Notes: a model not told the origin generated them from the sequence alone. Numbered from the stretch's first letter, positions 39,712 through 51,268 are shown. The stretch is 64,000 nucleotides of DNA from Chthoniobacterales bacterium (GCA_035635435.1 DASQBB010000013.1:1286-65285), one strand, 5' to 3'. Made by a program: numbers and translations.

Positions 39712-40695
39712 GTGAAAATCCTGGCCCGGTGCTTCTCCCCCCAAACTTTTTCGATCTTGCTCATCGGTCTTTTCGCGCTCGCGGAAATCTGCCCGGCTGC
39801 CCAAAGAGATCCGCGCGTTCCCAAGTCTTCCGCGCCGCGCTTTGAAGCGCTGCCACTAACACGGTCGCGGCAAAATCATTTGTTAGTTCGAGCATTCATC
39901 AATGGAAAACCGGCGCTGCTCGGGGTGGATAGCGGCGCGCCGATCAGTGCCATCGCCCTAAAACGCCGCGCGCATTTTGGGCTGACCGGCATTCCCGGGA
40001 GTTCGACTCTGCCGGCCCGGCTGCAGATTAATGGCGCGTTTAACAACGTTGCCATCGCGCGCAACTTCCGCCTGGGCGCGCTCAATCTGGTCGATGAGCC
40101 AGTGGTGGTTGTCGATCTTTCCGGCTCAGGGCGCGCGTCCCGTTTGCGTAATGAGCAGGAAATCGATGGGATTTTAGGGGCTGATATTCTCTTTCCGACC
40201 GGCGCAGTTCTCGACTGCCAGAAACAAGTGTTGATTCTGAAAATGGACCCTGAGCTCTCTGGTAGAGCGCCTGGCCTGCAATATCGCGGGTTCCGCAGCG
40301 TGCCGATTCGCGTGAGCGAAACTTACAATTTGTATGTTGATGTTGCGATCAACGGAGAACCAGCGCGACTGATGGTCGATACCGGCGCGTTTGCGACTTT
40401 GCTCCACCGCGGGTTTGTCCGCCGATTGCACGTGCCGCTTCAACAAACCGCCTTTAGTTCATCGGCCGTCAACTTAAAGCAGCGTGGCGTGTCGATTGCC
40501 CGGATCCGCCGACTATCGGTGGGTTCGGTGGATATTGTTGGCAAGGACGTCGGGGTGGTTGATCTCGAAGGCCTGATCCACAGCGATCTTCTTCGAGGTG
40601 CTCAGCCGGTGGCGGGTTTACTTGGCGCCGAGATCCTGCGCAGCCACCACGGAATTATCGATTTCGGGACTCGCACACTTTATCTGAAGAACTGA
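39712..40695 (+). CDS. Secreted tandem retropepsin-like (clan AA) aspartic protease
   Basis: Two D-S/T-G-A motifs: INGKPALLGVDSGAPISAI and INGEPARLMVDTGAFATLL. I chose the GTG at 39712, followed by a signal peptide. Confidence 0.65.
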   Translation: MKILARCFSPQTFSILLIGLFALAEICPAAQRDPRVPKSSAPRFEALPLTRSRQNHLLVRAFINGKPALLGVDSGAPISAIALKRRAHFGLTGIPGSSTLPARLQINGAFNNVAIARNFRLGALNLVDEPVVVVDLSGSGRASRLRNEQEIDGILGADILFPTGAVLDCQKQVLILKMDPELSGRAPGLQYRGFRSVPIRVSETYNLYVDVAINGEPARLMVDTGAFATLLHRGFVRRLHVPLQQTAFSSSAVNLKQRGVSIARIRRLSVGSVDIVGKDVGVVDLEGLIHSDLLRGAQPVAGLLGAEILRSHHGIIDFGTRTLYLKN

Positions 40696-40780
40696 TCGTT
40701 CGAAGGCGCGCAGTACTCGGGGCGCTCGTCGCCTGGGCCTCGGGCCGGAGGTTAAGTAAAGATTTGCGATGCTGAAACTG

Positions 40781-40804
40781 ATATGCAACCATTTGGTTGC
40801 ATAT
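40781..40804. promoter_or_regulatory. 10-4-10 perfect inverted repeat, candidate ArsR operator
   Basis: atatgcaacc-attt-ggttgcatat ends 10 nt upstream of the ArsR-family ATG. Confidence 0.5.
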
Positions 40805-40814
40805 TGTTCCCAGT

Positions 40815-41129
40815 ATGGACCACGTCTTTAAAGCCTTGGCCGACCCAAGCCGGCGTGCCCTCCTCGATCAGCTCCACCAAGACAACGGCCAGACTCTCAA
40901 CCAACTCTGCCGCCATCTCCGCATGACGCGCCAGGGCATTACCAAACACCTCGGCCTGCTAATCAAAGCCGACCTCGTTGTCCCCTTGTGGCGCGGCCGC
41001 GAAAAGTTGCATTATCTCAACCCGGCCCCGCTCAAGCAAATTTCCGAGCGTTGGATCGATAAGCACAAAAGCGCCTGCCTTCGCGCCTTAAATGATCTGA
41101 CCAAAGGTTTGGATGATTTGAAATCGTAG
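40815..41129 (+). CDS. ArsR/SmtB family transcriptional regulator
   Basis: VFKALADPSRRALLDQL...TLNQLCRHLRMTRQGITKHLGLL. Confidence 0.85.
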   Translation: MDHVFKALADPSRRALLDQLHQDNGQTLNQLCRHLRMTRQGITKHLGLLIKADLVVPLWRGREKLHYLNPAPLKQISERWIDKHKSACLRALNDLTKGLDDLKS

Positions 41130-41148
41130 CCGAATTGAAAGCCGGCGC

Positions 41149-41649
41149 TCACTCGACGTCGATTTCGCGGACGCCTTTTTGCTGACGAATTGTTTCGACT
41201 TGATTTCGAATTTTGTCCGCCAGGCCGACGTGATGCGGTATCGCTTCGACGAAGACGAATGGTGAAGAGGTATCCGACGTGTTGAGTTGGACGTTTTCGA
41301 TGCCGCACAGGCGATAGAGAAATGGTTGCCGCGTCTCGATGTCTTTCACGCGATACCATTCGAGCGTGTCGGTCAGTTTGCTAAAAACGCCCTCTGTCGT
41401 TTTCAATCGTTCGGTCGTTAACTCGTAAATCCTGCATTTCGTTTGGAGATAACGCTTGCCAGCGATAAAGATTGGTACCGCAAGAAGAATCAAAATGTAC
41501 GGACCAAAATTGCTAATCTGCGGCGACGAGCTTCGCCACGTTAAGACAAAAATGATGCCGATTGCCGCGGCGAGCAAAAATTGGAGAACGAAGAATCCGA
41601 AGTTTTTCCATTGCGAAACGCTCCCGCGCCAAACAGTTTCTTCGGCCAT
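41149..41649 (-). CDS. Bacterial PH-domain (bPH_2/DUF304) membrane protein
   Basis: Two TM helices, then YELTTERLKTTEGVFSKLTDTLEWYRVKDI. Confidence 0.65.
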   Translation of the reverse strand: MAEETVWRGSVSQWKNFGFFVLQFLLAAAIGIIFVLTWRSSSPQISNFGPYILILLAVPIFIAGKRYLQTKCRIYELTTERLKTTEGVFSKLTDTLEWYRVKDIETRQPFLYRLCGIENVQLNTSDTSSPFVFVEAIPHHVGLADKIRNQVETIRQQKGVREIDVE

Positions 41650-41666
41650 TCCGGAGTTCTAACGCC

Positions 41667-42614
41667 ATGGCTTCGATCAAACAAGCATTCGTCCTCGGCG
41701 CCGGGCTTGGGACACGGCTGCGCCCGCTCACGGACGATTTGCCGAAACCGCTGGTGCCGATTTTTCAGAAGCCGCTGATTACCTTCGGACTTGATCATTT
41801 GATCGACATCGGGATCGGCAAATTTCTCATTAACACCCATCGTTTGCCGCAGGCTTTTGGCGAAGCATTTCCGCAAGACAACTATGCCGGAGTTAACCTC
41901 AAGTTTGTCAACGAACCCGTGCTTCTCGAGACCGGTGGCGGGATCAAGAACCTGGAAGCCGATCTGGGAAGGGAACCGTTCATTACATATAGCGGCGATG
42001 TTTTGACCGACATTCGTTTGCAGCCGCTGGTCGAAGAGCATTTCAATCGAGGTAATGACGTCACCCTCGCGTTGCGCAAAACCGGCTTGGGTTCGGCAAT
42101 TGCCTTTCGCGAAAATCGCATAGTCGATATTTCCAACCGCTATGGCATTCCGGGCGAATACGACTTTGCCAATATTGCAGTCTGGAATCCGTCAGTTTTC
42201 GGGCGCATCCCGCCCAAACAAAAAATCTCATTCATCCCGGTTCTTGGAGATTGGATCTCCCAAGGCGGGAAAATCGGAGGGATCGTGCTCGAGAAGGGAA
42301 GGTGGTTCAATCTCGGCTCGCGCGCGGAATATTTCGAAGTGCATCGCGCGATTGCGGACAAAGGTTGGCGGCCGGCGCATGTCAAAGCGCCGGAATGGTG
42401 GGCGCCGGTGCATCCGAGCGCGGTGGTCGACCCGAGCGCGCGGATTAGTGGCTGCTCAGTTATTGGGAAGGATTGCCGGGTCGGCGCTGGCGCGGTTTTG
42501 GACGACACAATCTTGTGGCCGGGTGCACAAATTGCTTCCAAAAGCGAGTTGGTTGGTTGTATTGTCCGCGCCCGAAAAACCGTCACCGGCATCCATCGCA
42601 ACATCGACATCTGA
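41667..42614 (+). CDS. Sugar-1-phosphate nucleotidyltransferase with a C-terminal hexapeptide-repeat domain (MurU-like)
   Basis: AFVLGAGLGTRLRPLTDDLPKPLVP. It is adjacent to a kinase of the AmgK type. Confidence 0.65.
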   Translation: MASIKQAFVLGAGLGTRLRPLTDDLPKPLVPIFQKPLITFGLDHLIDIGIGKFLINTHRLPQAFGEAFPQDNYAGVNLKFVNEPVLLETGGGIKNLEADLGREPFITYSGDVLTDIRLQPLVEEHFNRGNDVTLALRKTGLGSAIAFRENRIVDISNRYGIPGEYDFANIAVWNPSVFGRIPPKQKISFIPVLGDWISQGGKIGGIVLEKGRWFNLGSRAEYFEVHRAIADKGWRPAHVKAPEWWAPVHPSAVVDPSARISGCSVIGKDCRVGAGAVLDDTILWPGAQIASKSELVGCIVRARKTVTGIHRNIDI

Positions 42615-42617
42615 CAA

Positions 42618-43589
42618 ATGAGAACCGAGGTCCTTCTTCGCCAGACGCGGCGACACTTTCCGCGATTCAATGTCGACGAAGTAAAGATTTTGCCGATCGA
42701 GAAGGGTGGGTCGGACCGGAAATTTTACCGCGTTCGTTGTTCCGCGGAACAGTCGCTCATTCTGGTAAAGTACAATCTCGAGCGGGAAGAGAACCGCCAC
42801 TATGTCGAGATCGCGCAATTTCTTGAGACGCACGGCATTCGTGCTCCGAGAATTTATTATCACGATGCCGATGAAGGTTTGGTCTGGTTGGAAGATCTCG
42901 GAGAGAGCGACTTGTTCAGTCACCGCGGTGAAAGCTGGCTGGTGCGACGCGCATTCTACGAATCAGCGTTGGATGAAGTCCGCAAACTGCACCAACTGCC
43001 CGAATCGGTTTGTGTTGAAATGCATCGGCATTTGCCGGCCGAATTCAATGCCGCTCTCTATCTCTGGGAGCAGAATTATTTCTTCGAGAACTGTCTGGGC
43101 CGTTATTTCGAAGTGGAACAAACTGAGATCGATACCTTGGCCGGACTTCCTGTCTTGCAAAAGATCGCCGAGAAGCTGGCGCAATTACCTCGAGTCCTGG
43201 TCCATCGCGATTTCCAGTCGCAAAATATTCTCCTCCGCAACGGCCAGGCCTACCTAATCGATTTCCAGGGCATGCGTCCCGGTCTCGCGCACTACGACCT
43301 GGCCTCGTTGCTTTTCGATCCATATGTCGATCTAAGTGATGCTGAGCGGAACGAACTGCTCGAGCACTACTGCGGCGAAAAACCCGACGCCGCTTTTCTG
43401 GAGACCTTGCGCCTCTGTGCCATGCAGCGGTTGATGCAAGCTTTGGGGGCGTACGGATTTCTTGGCCTGGTTAAAGATCACAGACATTTTCTCCAGCACA
43501 TCCCGAAGGCGGTGCGTTCACTCCGCGAAATCGCAGGAGACATCGCCGGTCTCGAATCGCTCGAAAACTTTCTGGCCAAGCTTGGTTAA
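42618..43589 (+). CDS. Aminoglycoside-phosphotransferase-fold sugar kinase (AmgK-like)
   Basis: LVHRDFQSQNILLRNGQAYLIDFQG catalytic loop. The start lies 3 nt after the upstream stop. Confidence 0.6.
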   Translation: MRTEVLLRQTRRHFPRFNVDEVKILPIEKGGSDRKFYRVRCSAEQSLILVKYNLEREENRHYVEIAQFLETHGIRAPRIYYHDADEGLVWLEDLGESDLFSHRGESWLVRRAFYESALDEVRKLHQLPESVCVEMHRHLPAEFNAALYLWEQNYFFENCLGRYFEVEQTEIDTLAGLPVLQKIAEKLAQLPRVLVHRDFQSQNILLRNGQAYLIDFQGMRPGLAHYDLASLLFDPYVDLSDAERNELLEHYCGEKPDAAFLETLRLCAMQRLMQALGAYGFLGLVKDHRHFLQHIPKAVRSLREIAGDIAGLESLENFLAKLG

Positions 43590-43656
43590 GTTTTCGCGCA
43601 GCGGTCGAATGCGCGGGCGCGGGTTACGTCGAACTCTGCAAATAAAGGAGTTCGCT

Positions 43657-44031
43657 ATGAAGAAGCTGATTTTAGTTATTGCGTTTGGGCTGAGCCTAGG
43701 AAGCGCTTCGGCTTTCGCGCACGAGGACGAATACGGTTACAACCAACGTTCGCAGTACATGCCGGTGCGGCACAACCAAACGGCGTCCGAGATAAATCAT
43801 ATTAACCGCATGCTTGGGCATGTGCAGCGACAGATGGCTCGATACGGGGCTGACTGGCGGACGCGCCGCGAAGTCCGTCATATTTCCCGTGAAGTGAATC
43901 ACGTCAATTGGGAATATCAGACAGGGCGTTTTGGCTGGTATCATCTGCGCAGCGAGATCGAGCATATTCACAACGAATTGCACAACGTGGAATTGCGTTT
44001 CCGTCCGAACGATTATTACCGCTGGTATTAA
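43657..44031 (+). CDS. Small secreted His-rich protein with a threefold internal repeat
   Basis: AAGGAG RBS at 43645-43650. Signal peptide MKKLILVIAFGLSLGSASAFA. Repeats: EINHINRMLGHVQRQM, EVRHISREVNHVNWEY and EIEHIHNELHNVELRF. Confidence 0.6.
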   Translation: MKKLILVIAFGLSLGSASAFAHEDEYGYNQRSQYMPVRHNQTASEINHINRMLGHVQRQMARYGADWRTRREVRHISREVNHVNWEYQTGRFGWYHLRSEIEHIHNELHNVELRFRPNDYYRWY

Positions 44032-44045
44032 CCGGCATTTTTAGC

Positions 44046-44657
44046 TCAGCTCACAAACGGATTCGTCATTCGTTCGGTGCCAATCTTCGTCGGCGGCCCG
44101 TGACCGGGCAGCACCGTCACGTTGTCGCCTAGTGGAAATAACTTTTCGCGAATTCCTCTAAATAGAAGATCGACATCTCCGCCGGGCAGATCCCAGCGCC
44201 CGACGCCGCCGGCAAAAAGAACATCGCCACCGATCAGCAAATCATCTTTGCGTGAGAAGAAACAAAGACTGCCGGGACAATGCCCCGGCACTTCCAGTAC
44301 CTGAAATTCTGCTCCCAGAAAATTTCGAGCCGGCGTTTCCTCAATAAAAAAGTCCGGCTTTGCTGGCTCGACTTCCAATTCGAAACCGAAGTTCCGAAAA
44401 AAATCCCGGTCCGAAATCATCGGCGCGGTCGCGGGATGGCAACCGATCTGGCATTTGAAGCGATCTTTGATTTTGGCGACGTCCTGGACGTGATCGATGT
44501 GGCCGTGGGTAAGCAATAACAACTTTAGATCGACATCGCGCGAGTGGACCCAGTCGCAAGCGCCTTGGGGCGCATCGAATAGAATCCAGCCTTCGGGCGC
44601 GGAAACGAGATAGCAGTTCGTTTCGAAAACCCCGCCGCAGAACGCTTCGTAAGTCAT
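44046..44657 (-). CDS. MBL-fold metallo-hydrolase (glyoxalase II-like)
   Basis: LLLTHGHIDHV...VPGHCPGS...GDVLFAGGVGR. Confidence 0.85.
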   Translation of the reverse strand: MTYEAFCGGVFETNCYLVSAPEGWILFDAPQGACDWVHSRDVDLKLLLLTHGHIDHVQDVAKIKDRFKCQIGCHPATAPMISDRDFFRNFGFELEVEPAKPDFFIEETPARNFLGAEFQVLEVPGHCPGSLCFFSRKDDLLIGGDVLFAGGVGRWDLPGGDVDLLFRGIREKLFPLGDNVTVLPGHGPPTKIGTERMTNPFVS

Positions 44658-44865
44658 TGCATTTGATCTTAAATGAGCCTGGTCGGACCTGCCAGCAGCG
44701 CTGGGGATTCAACCGATCCCGGTCTCAGGTGGCAATAAGATGAAAGATTTTGAATGTTCTTAGCGTATAATTGTCAGACCTCCTTACATGTCGATCCAGG
44801 GCCATTTGTTTGCGTTTGGGCACAAAGTCTGCGAACCTGAAGGCCGCGCTTTTCCGATTTTTCCG

Positions 44866-47082
44866 ATGAAACTACGTTTTCAGCTTCTCTCAGCGATCAC
44901 CGCGCTCAGTTTGATCAGCGTCACGCCGCAGGCGCTCCAGGCAAAGTCGGATGCTGAGCAAATCTGCGTCTCAGTTGGCCGGCTTCTCGAAGAGGGTCAT
45001 TACACTCATCAACAACTGAATGCCGAGATGTCGCAGAAATTTCTGCGCAATTACCTCGAGTTGCTCGATTTCAGTCATCTCTTCTTCACTCAAAAAGATG
45101 TCGACGCGTTAACAGCAAAGTACGGCACCGCCCTGGCGGACGATGTTTTGCTCGGAAATCTCAAACCGGCCTACGAGATTTACGACCTCTACCAAAAGCG
45201 GATTGATGAACGGGTCGCCAAAATCAAGGAGCTGCTAAAGCAGCCGATGGAGTTCAAGACCGACGCCAAGGTGGAGTTGCGTCGCGAAAAAGCGCCGTGG
45301 CCAAAGGATGAGGGTGAGGCGGATGAACTCTGGCGCGGGCGGGTCGCAAGTGAACTGCTTCAGGAGAAACTAAGCGAACATCCGATCGAACCGGGCCCTC
45401 AATTGATTGGACGTCGCTACGATCGTATCGCGCGGAACGTGCATGAGGAAGACCGAGAGGAGCAGGTGAAACTTTATCTCGATGCGCTCGCCCAAAGCTA
45501 CGACCCACATTCGGAATATTTGAGCAAGGCCGACTTCAAGAATTTCAACATCCAGATGGGACTCTCACTGGTCGGCATCGGCGCAATGCTGCGCACGGAA
45601 GACGGCTATGCCAAGATCGAGAATCTTGTTACTGGCGGTCCGGCACAAGTGGACGGGCGGCTGAAAGTTGGCGACCGGATCACGGCCGTTGGTCAAGCTC
45701 AAGGCGAGCTTGTTGATGTGCGCGACATGCGCTTGGACAAAGTCGTCGAAATGATCCGCGGGAAGAAAGGCACCAAGGTTCGCCTGCTCGCGATTCCGGC
45801 CAACGCCCCTGATCCGTCGCAGCGCAAGAACGTCGAGCTCGTGCGCGATGAAATTAAACTGAAAGACCAGGAAGCGCGCGCCGACATTATTATTAAGAAG
45901 GACGAGAACGGCAATCCAGTGAAGCTCGGCTGGCTCACGCTCCCGTCGTTTTATGCCGATATGGATCGGCATTCGAAGAGCACCACTCGCGACGTGCTCG
46001 CTCTTCTTAAGCGCCTGAAGAAGGAAAATATCGCCGGGTTGATTGTCGATCTTCGCCGCAACGGTGGCGGTTCACTCGAAGAAGCGATCGCGCTCACTGG
46101 TTTATTTTTGAAATCGGGACCGATCGTGCAAACGAAAGGTTCCAACGGGAACATCGTCATCTCGAGTGATCCGGATCCGGGCGTCGCTTATGGCGGGCCG
46201 CTGATTGTTTTGACCAGCCGGCAAAGCGCCTCCGCCAGCGAAATCTTCGCTGCTGCGCTCCAGGATTACGGACGCGCCGTCATCGCTGGCGACAAGAACA
46301 CATTTGGCAAAGGCACCGTGCAGACAATTCTGCCCATTGGCCGATTCACGTCGCTTCTTGGCAGCCGGTCCGATGACGATGGCGAGCTTAAGTTAACGAT
46401 TCAGAAATTCTATCGCGTGGCCGGGGGTTCCACTCAACTTCACGGCGTGGCTTCGGATATCGTGTTGCCGACGCTGACCGATCTGCCGGAATTCGGCGAA
46501 GGCGCGCTAAAAAACTGCTTACCGTATGACGAAGTGCCCAAGGCGCGGTTCACGAAATGGTCCGACGGTCATCCTTTGTTTGTCGAGGAACTGAAACGTC
46601 GTTCGGCCGAACGCGTCCAGCACGATGCCGAATTTCATTATGTGATGGAGGACATGGAGCGGCTCCGCCACAAGCTCGATGAGAACCGCATCACCCTGAA
46701 CGAAGACGCGCGCCGAAAAGAGATTCAGGACGACAAGCTCCGAAAAGACATGCGCTCGAAAGAGCGTTTGGCTCGTCACCAGGAAGAGCCGAGCATTTAT
46801 CGGCTTACTCTCGACACTGTCGATAAACCAAATCTGCAGTTGATCATGTATCCGGGAAAACTGGCTGAAGCCAAAGCCAAAGCCGGCGTGACCAAAGTTT
46901 CACCAGAAGCAGCGCCGGACGACGACACCGATACAATCGGCACCGCCGACGACACGAAAGAGCCCGCAATCGATCCCGAGCGCGACGAGGCGTTGAATAT
47001 TCTGGCAGATCTTGTCGACCTTTCGCGCGGTCCGAAAACCGCCAGCACCAACGTCAAGAAATCGGCCGAGCAACGGCCGTAA
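44866..47082 (+). CDS. prc: Tail-specific (C-terminal processing) S41 peptidase
   Basis: PDZ region (GIGAMLR...GGPAQVDGRLKVGDRI), then LIVDLRRNGGGSLEEA and SASASEIFAAALQDYGRAVIAGDKNTFGKGTVQ. I chose the ATG at 44866, before the signal peptide. Confidence 0.9.
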   Translation: MKLRFQLLSAITALSLISVTPQALQAKSDAEQICVSVGRLLEEGHYTHQQLNAEMSQKFLRNYLELLDFSHLFFTQKDVDALTAKYGTALADDVLLGNLKPAYEIYDLYQKRIDERVAKIKELLKQPMEFKTDAKVELRREKAPWPKDEGEADELWRGRVASELLQEKLSEHPIEPGPQLIGRRYDRIARNVHEEDREEQVKLYLDALAQSYDPHSEYLSKADFKNFNIQMGLSLVGIGAMLRTEDGYAKIENLVTGGPAQVDGRLKVGDRITAVGQAQGELVDVRDMRLDKVVEMIRGKKGTKVRLLAIPANAPDPSQRKNVELVRDEIKLKDQEARADIIIKKDENGNPVKLGWLTLPSFYADMDRHSKSTTRDVLALLKRLKKENIAGLIVDLRRNGGGSLEEAIALTGLFLKSGPIVQTKGSNGNIVISSDPDPGVAYGGPLIVLTSRQSASASEIFAAALQDYGRAVIAGDKNTFGKGTVQTILPIGRFTSLLGSRSDDDGELKLTIQKFYRVAGGSTQLHGVASDIVLPTLTDLPEFGEGALKNCLPYDEVPKARFTKWSDGHPLFVEELKRRSAERVQHDAEFHYVMEDMERLRHKLDENRITLNEDARRKEIQDDKLRKDMRSKERLARHQEEPSIYRLTLDTVDKPNLQLIMYPGKLAEAKAKAGVTKVSPEAAPDDDTDTIGTADDTKEPAIDPERDEALNILADLVDLSRGPKTASTNVKKSAEQRP

Positions 47083-47094
47083 GATTCTTCTGTG

Positions 47095-47159
47095 CTGTGG
47101 AGGCAGGCGTCTCGCCTGCAATGTATGAAAAGGAGCAGCCGGGGACGGCTGCCACCACA
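47095..47159. repeat. Structured intergenic element, copy 2
   Basis: ctgtggagg / gcaggc-gtctc-gcctgc / aatg / spacer / gcagccg-ggga-cggctgc / caccacac. Base pairs covary relative to copy 1. Confidence 0.5.
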
Positions 47160-47162
47160 CTC

Positions 47163-47789
47163 TCAAGGATAAACCGGGCGCGACTGATAAATTCGCTCCC
47201 GTCCGTATTGCGGCCCGACCGGTCGCTGAAACCACGGCCACGGCGGGCGTTGTTGCTGCGGTTGGCCGCCGTATTGTTGGAAGTATTGATTCGTTCGCGG
47301 TGTTCTGCCGAAAACTGTGACCGGCGTGCCGACCTCGACCGCATTGTAAAACGCGACCGCTAATTGATCGGGCATCCGTACGCAGCCGTGTGACGCGGGA
47401 TAACCTGGCAAATATCCGGCATGCATTCCGTCAGCGCCGTGGAAGCGCATGAAATAAGGCATCGGCGCGGGAACAAATCTGCAACCGCGCGGCACATGCA
47501 TATCCACGTCTGCGTCCGCAATCACGGTTCGTCCGCTTCCATCGACCATCTTGCCATAGATGCTCGAGTGATGGCTCCGCTCTTTTTCGACGACCTTGAA
47601 CGAGCCGGTTGAAGTGAGATGGCCGTAGCGCCCGCTCGAAATGGGCGATTGCATAACCACACTCCGCCCGCGAATCAGGGAGGCCGTTTGCTGGCTCAGG
47701 TCGATCTCGACCCGGTACGGATTTTCATCCTGGGCCAACAACGAGCCCGCGAACAAAAACAGAATTAGTAATCCCCAGAACGCCCTCAC
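47163..47789 (-). CDS. L,D-transpeptidase (YkuD domain) with a Gln/Pro-rich tail
   Basis: GYPASHGCVRMP active-site motif, plus a signal peptide. Confidence 0.85.
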   Translation of the reverse strand: MRAFWGLLILFLFAGSLLAQDENPYRVEIDLSQQTASLIRGRSVVMQSPISSGRYGHLTSTGSFKVVEKERSHHSSIYGKMVDGSGRTVIADADVDMHVPRGCRFVPAPMPYFMRFHGADGMHAGYLPGYPASHGCVRMPDQLAVAFYNAVEVGTPVTVFGRTPRTNQYFQQYGGQPQQQRPPWPWFQRPVGPQYGRERIYQSRPVYP

Positions 47790-47853
47790 ACTTAGTTGAA
47801 CCCAACAGAAATCAGAAAGTCTCAGATTGCAAAGGGCCAGTCCGGCTCGGACC

Positions 47854-48690
47854 TCACACAGCGATTGGCGCTTTGATCGAGGGGTGCGGGTTGTAATCGA
47901 CCAGTTCGAAATCTTCGAACTTGAAGTCGCGGATGTTTTTGATCGTCGGACTCAATTTCATCCGCGGCAAAGATCGACAATCACGGGTCAGTTGTTCGCG
48001 CGCCTGGTCGAGATGGTTTTGGTAAAGATGCAAATCACCGAAGGTGTGGACGAAATCGCCTGGAGTAAGATCGACAGCTTGCGCCATCATCATCGTAAGC
48101 AGCGCGTAGGACGCGATGTTGAACGGGACGCCGAGAAATAAATCGCAGCTGCGTTGGTAAAGCTGGCAGCTCAGCTCACCGTCCTGGATATAAAACTGGA
48201 ATAGCACGTGACATGGCGGCAGCGCCATCTTCTCGATCTCAGCCGGGTTCCACGCGGTCACAATCAATCGTCGACTCGACGGATTTTTTTTGATTTGCGC
48301 GATGACGTTTTCGATCTGATCGACGCGCACGCCGTTCTCGCCGCGCCAATCGCGCCATTGCGCGCCGTAAACGCGCCCGAGGTTTCCTTTTTCATCAGCC
48401 CACTCGTCCCAAATCGTGACGCCATGTTCGTTGAGATATTTGATGTTCGTATCGCCGCGGAGAAACCAGAGCAGCTCGTAAATGATCGATTTGATGTGGA
48501 GCTTCTTCGTCGTCAGCAGCGGAAATCCTGGACCGTTCGGTCGGAGATCGAAACGCGCTTGCGCACCGAAGATCGACAACGTGCCGGTGCCAGTGCGATC
48601 CGCGCGGGGCTGACCTTCTTCCAAGACGAGCCGGAGAAGATCATGATATTGCCGCACGCCAAAAAGTAACCATGCGCGCGCGGTTATCAA
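47854..48690 (-). CDS. thyA: Thymidylate synthase
   Basis: [12 protein letters not shown]...[11 protein letters not shown]...[24 protein letters not shown]. The true start may be the GTG at 48657 (VRQYHDLL). Confidence 0.95.
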   Translation of the reverse strand: MITARAWLLFGVRQYHDLLRLVLEEGQPRADRTGTGTLSIFGAQARFDLRPNGPGFPLLTTKKLHIKSIIYELLWFLRGDTNIKYLNEHGVTIWDEWADEKGNLGRVYGAQWRDWRGENGVRVDQIENVIAQIKKNPSSRRLIVTAWNPAEIEKMALPPCHVLFQFYIQDGELSCQLYQRSCDLFLGVPFNIASYALLTMMMAQAVDLTPGDFVHTFGDLHLYQNHLDQAREQLTRDCRSLPRMKLSPTIKNIRDFKFEDFELVDYNPHPSIKAPIAV

Positions 48691-48739
48691 AGAGCAGCAA
48701 TTGGATGCAACGTCACGTTGCCTGCCTCCACAGTTCCGC

Positions 48740-49198
48740 TTACGCCTTGTTCGGGCCCAGCTGTTTTTCGAGCTGCGCCTTGCGATCGTTCAAGGTCTGC
48801 AAACGCAGCTGCCAGCGATGCAATTGGATCGTGAGTTGATTGATGTAACCAGTCACTTCGGCGCGCTGCGATTCGTTTTCCTTCAGCTTGCCGCGAATTT
48901 CGTCGGCGTACGCGAGCGCGCCCGCATTTGGTTGTTCCGGTTGCGGAACGAGTGTCTGCTCTCCGCATTTCTGACACGCCAAATTCATCCCGGCGGCCGA
49001 TCGGTTCGCGACCAGCGCGGCTTTGCAATGCTGGCAGTGAAAGAAAATATCGGGATCGGATTCGACTTTGCGGACAGAATGCACGGCCAATAAACGAGCA
49101 GTCGCTATGCCGCGCTGTCCCACATTCAATCTTCGAAAAGGCCGGCTTGGTGACGCTTTGTCCCGTTTCAGCTGATTTGAAACTGGCCCATAATCCAC
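48740..49198 (-). CDS. Hypothetical zinc-ribbon plus coiled-coil protein
   Basis: CQHC-x17-CQKC, then a heptad-like C-terminus. The start is uncertain. Confidence 0.4.
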   Translation of the reverse strand: MDYGPVSNQLKRDKASPSRPFRRLNVGQRGIATARLLAVHSVRKVESDPDIFFHCQHCKAALVANRSAAGMNLACQKCGEQTLVPQPEQPNAGALAYADEIRGKLKENESQRAEVTGYINQLTIQLHRWQLRLQTLNDRKAQLEKQLGPNKA

Positions 49199-49225
49199 GC
49201 TAAGCCCTGTAGAACAGCGGTTTAG

Positions 49226-51268
<2,043 letters not shown>

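Noticed and set aside
41541-42670. Minus-strand ORFs of 166 and 176 aa opposite the nucleotidyltransferase gene.
   Set aside because: They are antisense shadows. The + strand product has the G-x-G-T-R-L nucleotidyltransferase signature.
43462-43656. A 65-codon upstream extension of the His-rich protein ORF.
   Set aside because: It overlaps the end of the kinase gene. The internal ATG at 43657 has an AAGGAG RBS and begins a canonical signal peptide.
44766-44771. A perfect TATAAT about 95 nt upstream of prc, considered as a promoter -10.
   Set aside because: There is no acceptable -35 at 16-19 nt spacing (TTGAAT is only 10 nt away). It is too weak to call from sequence alone.
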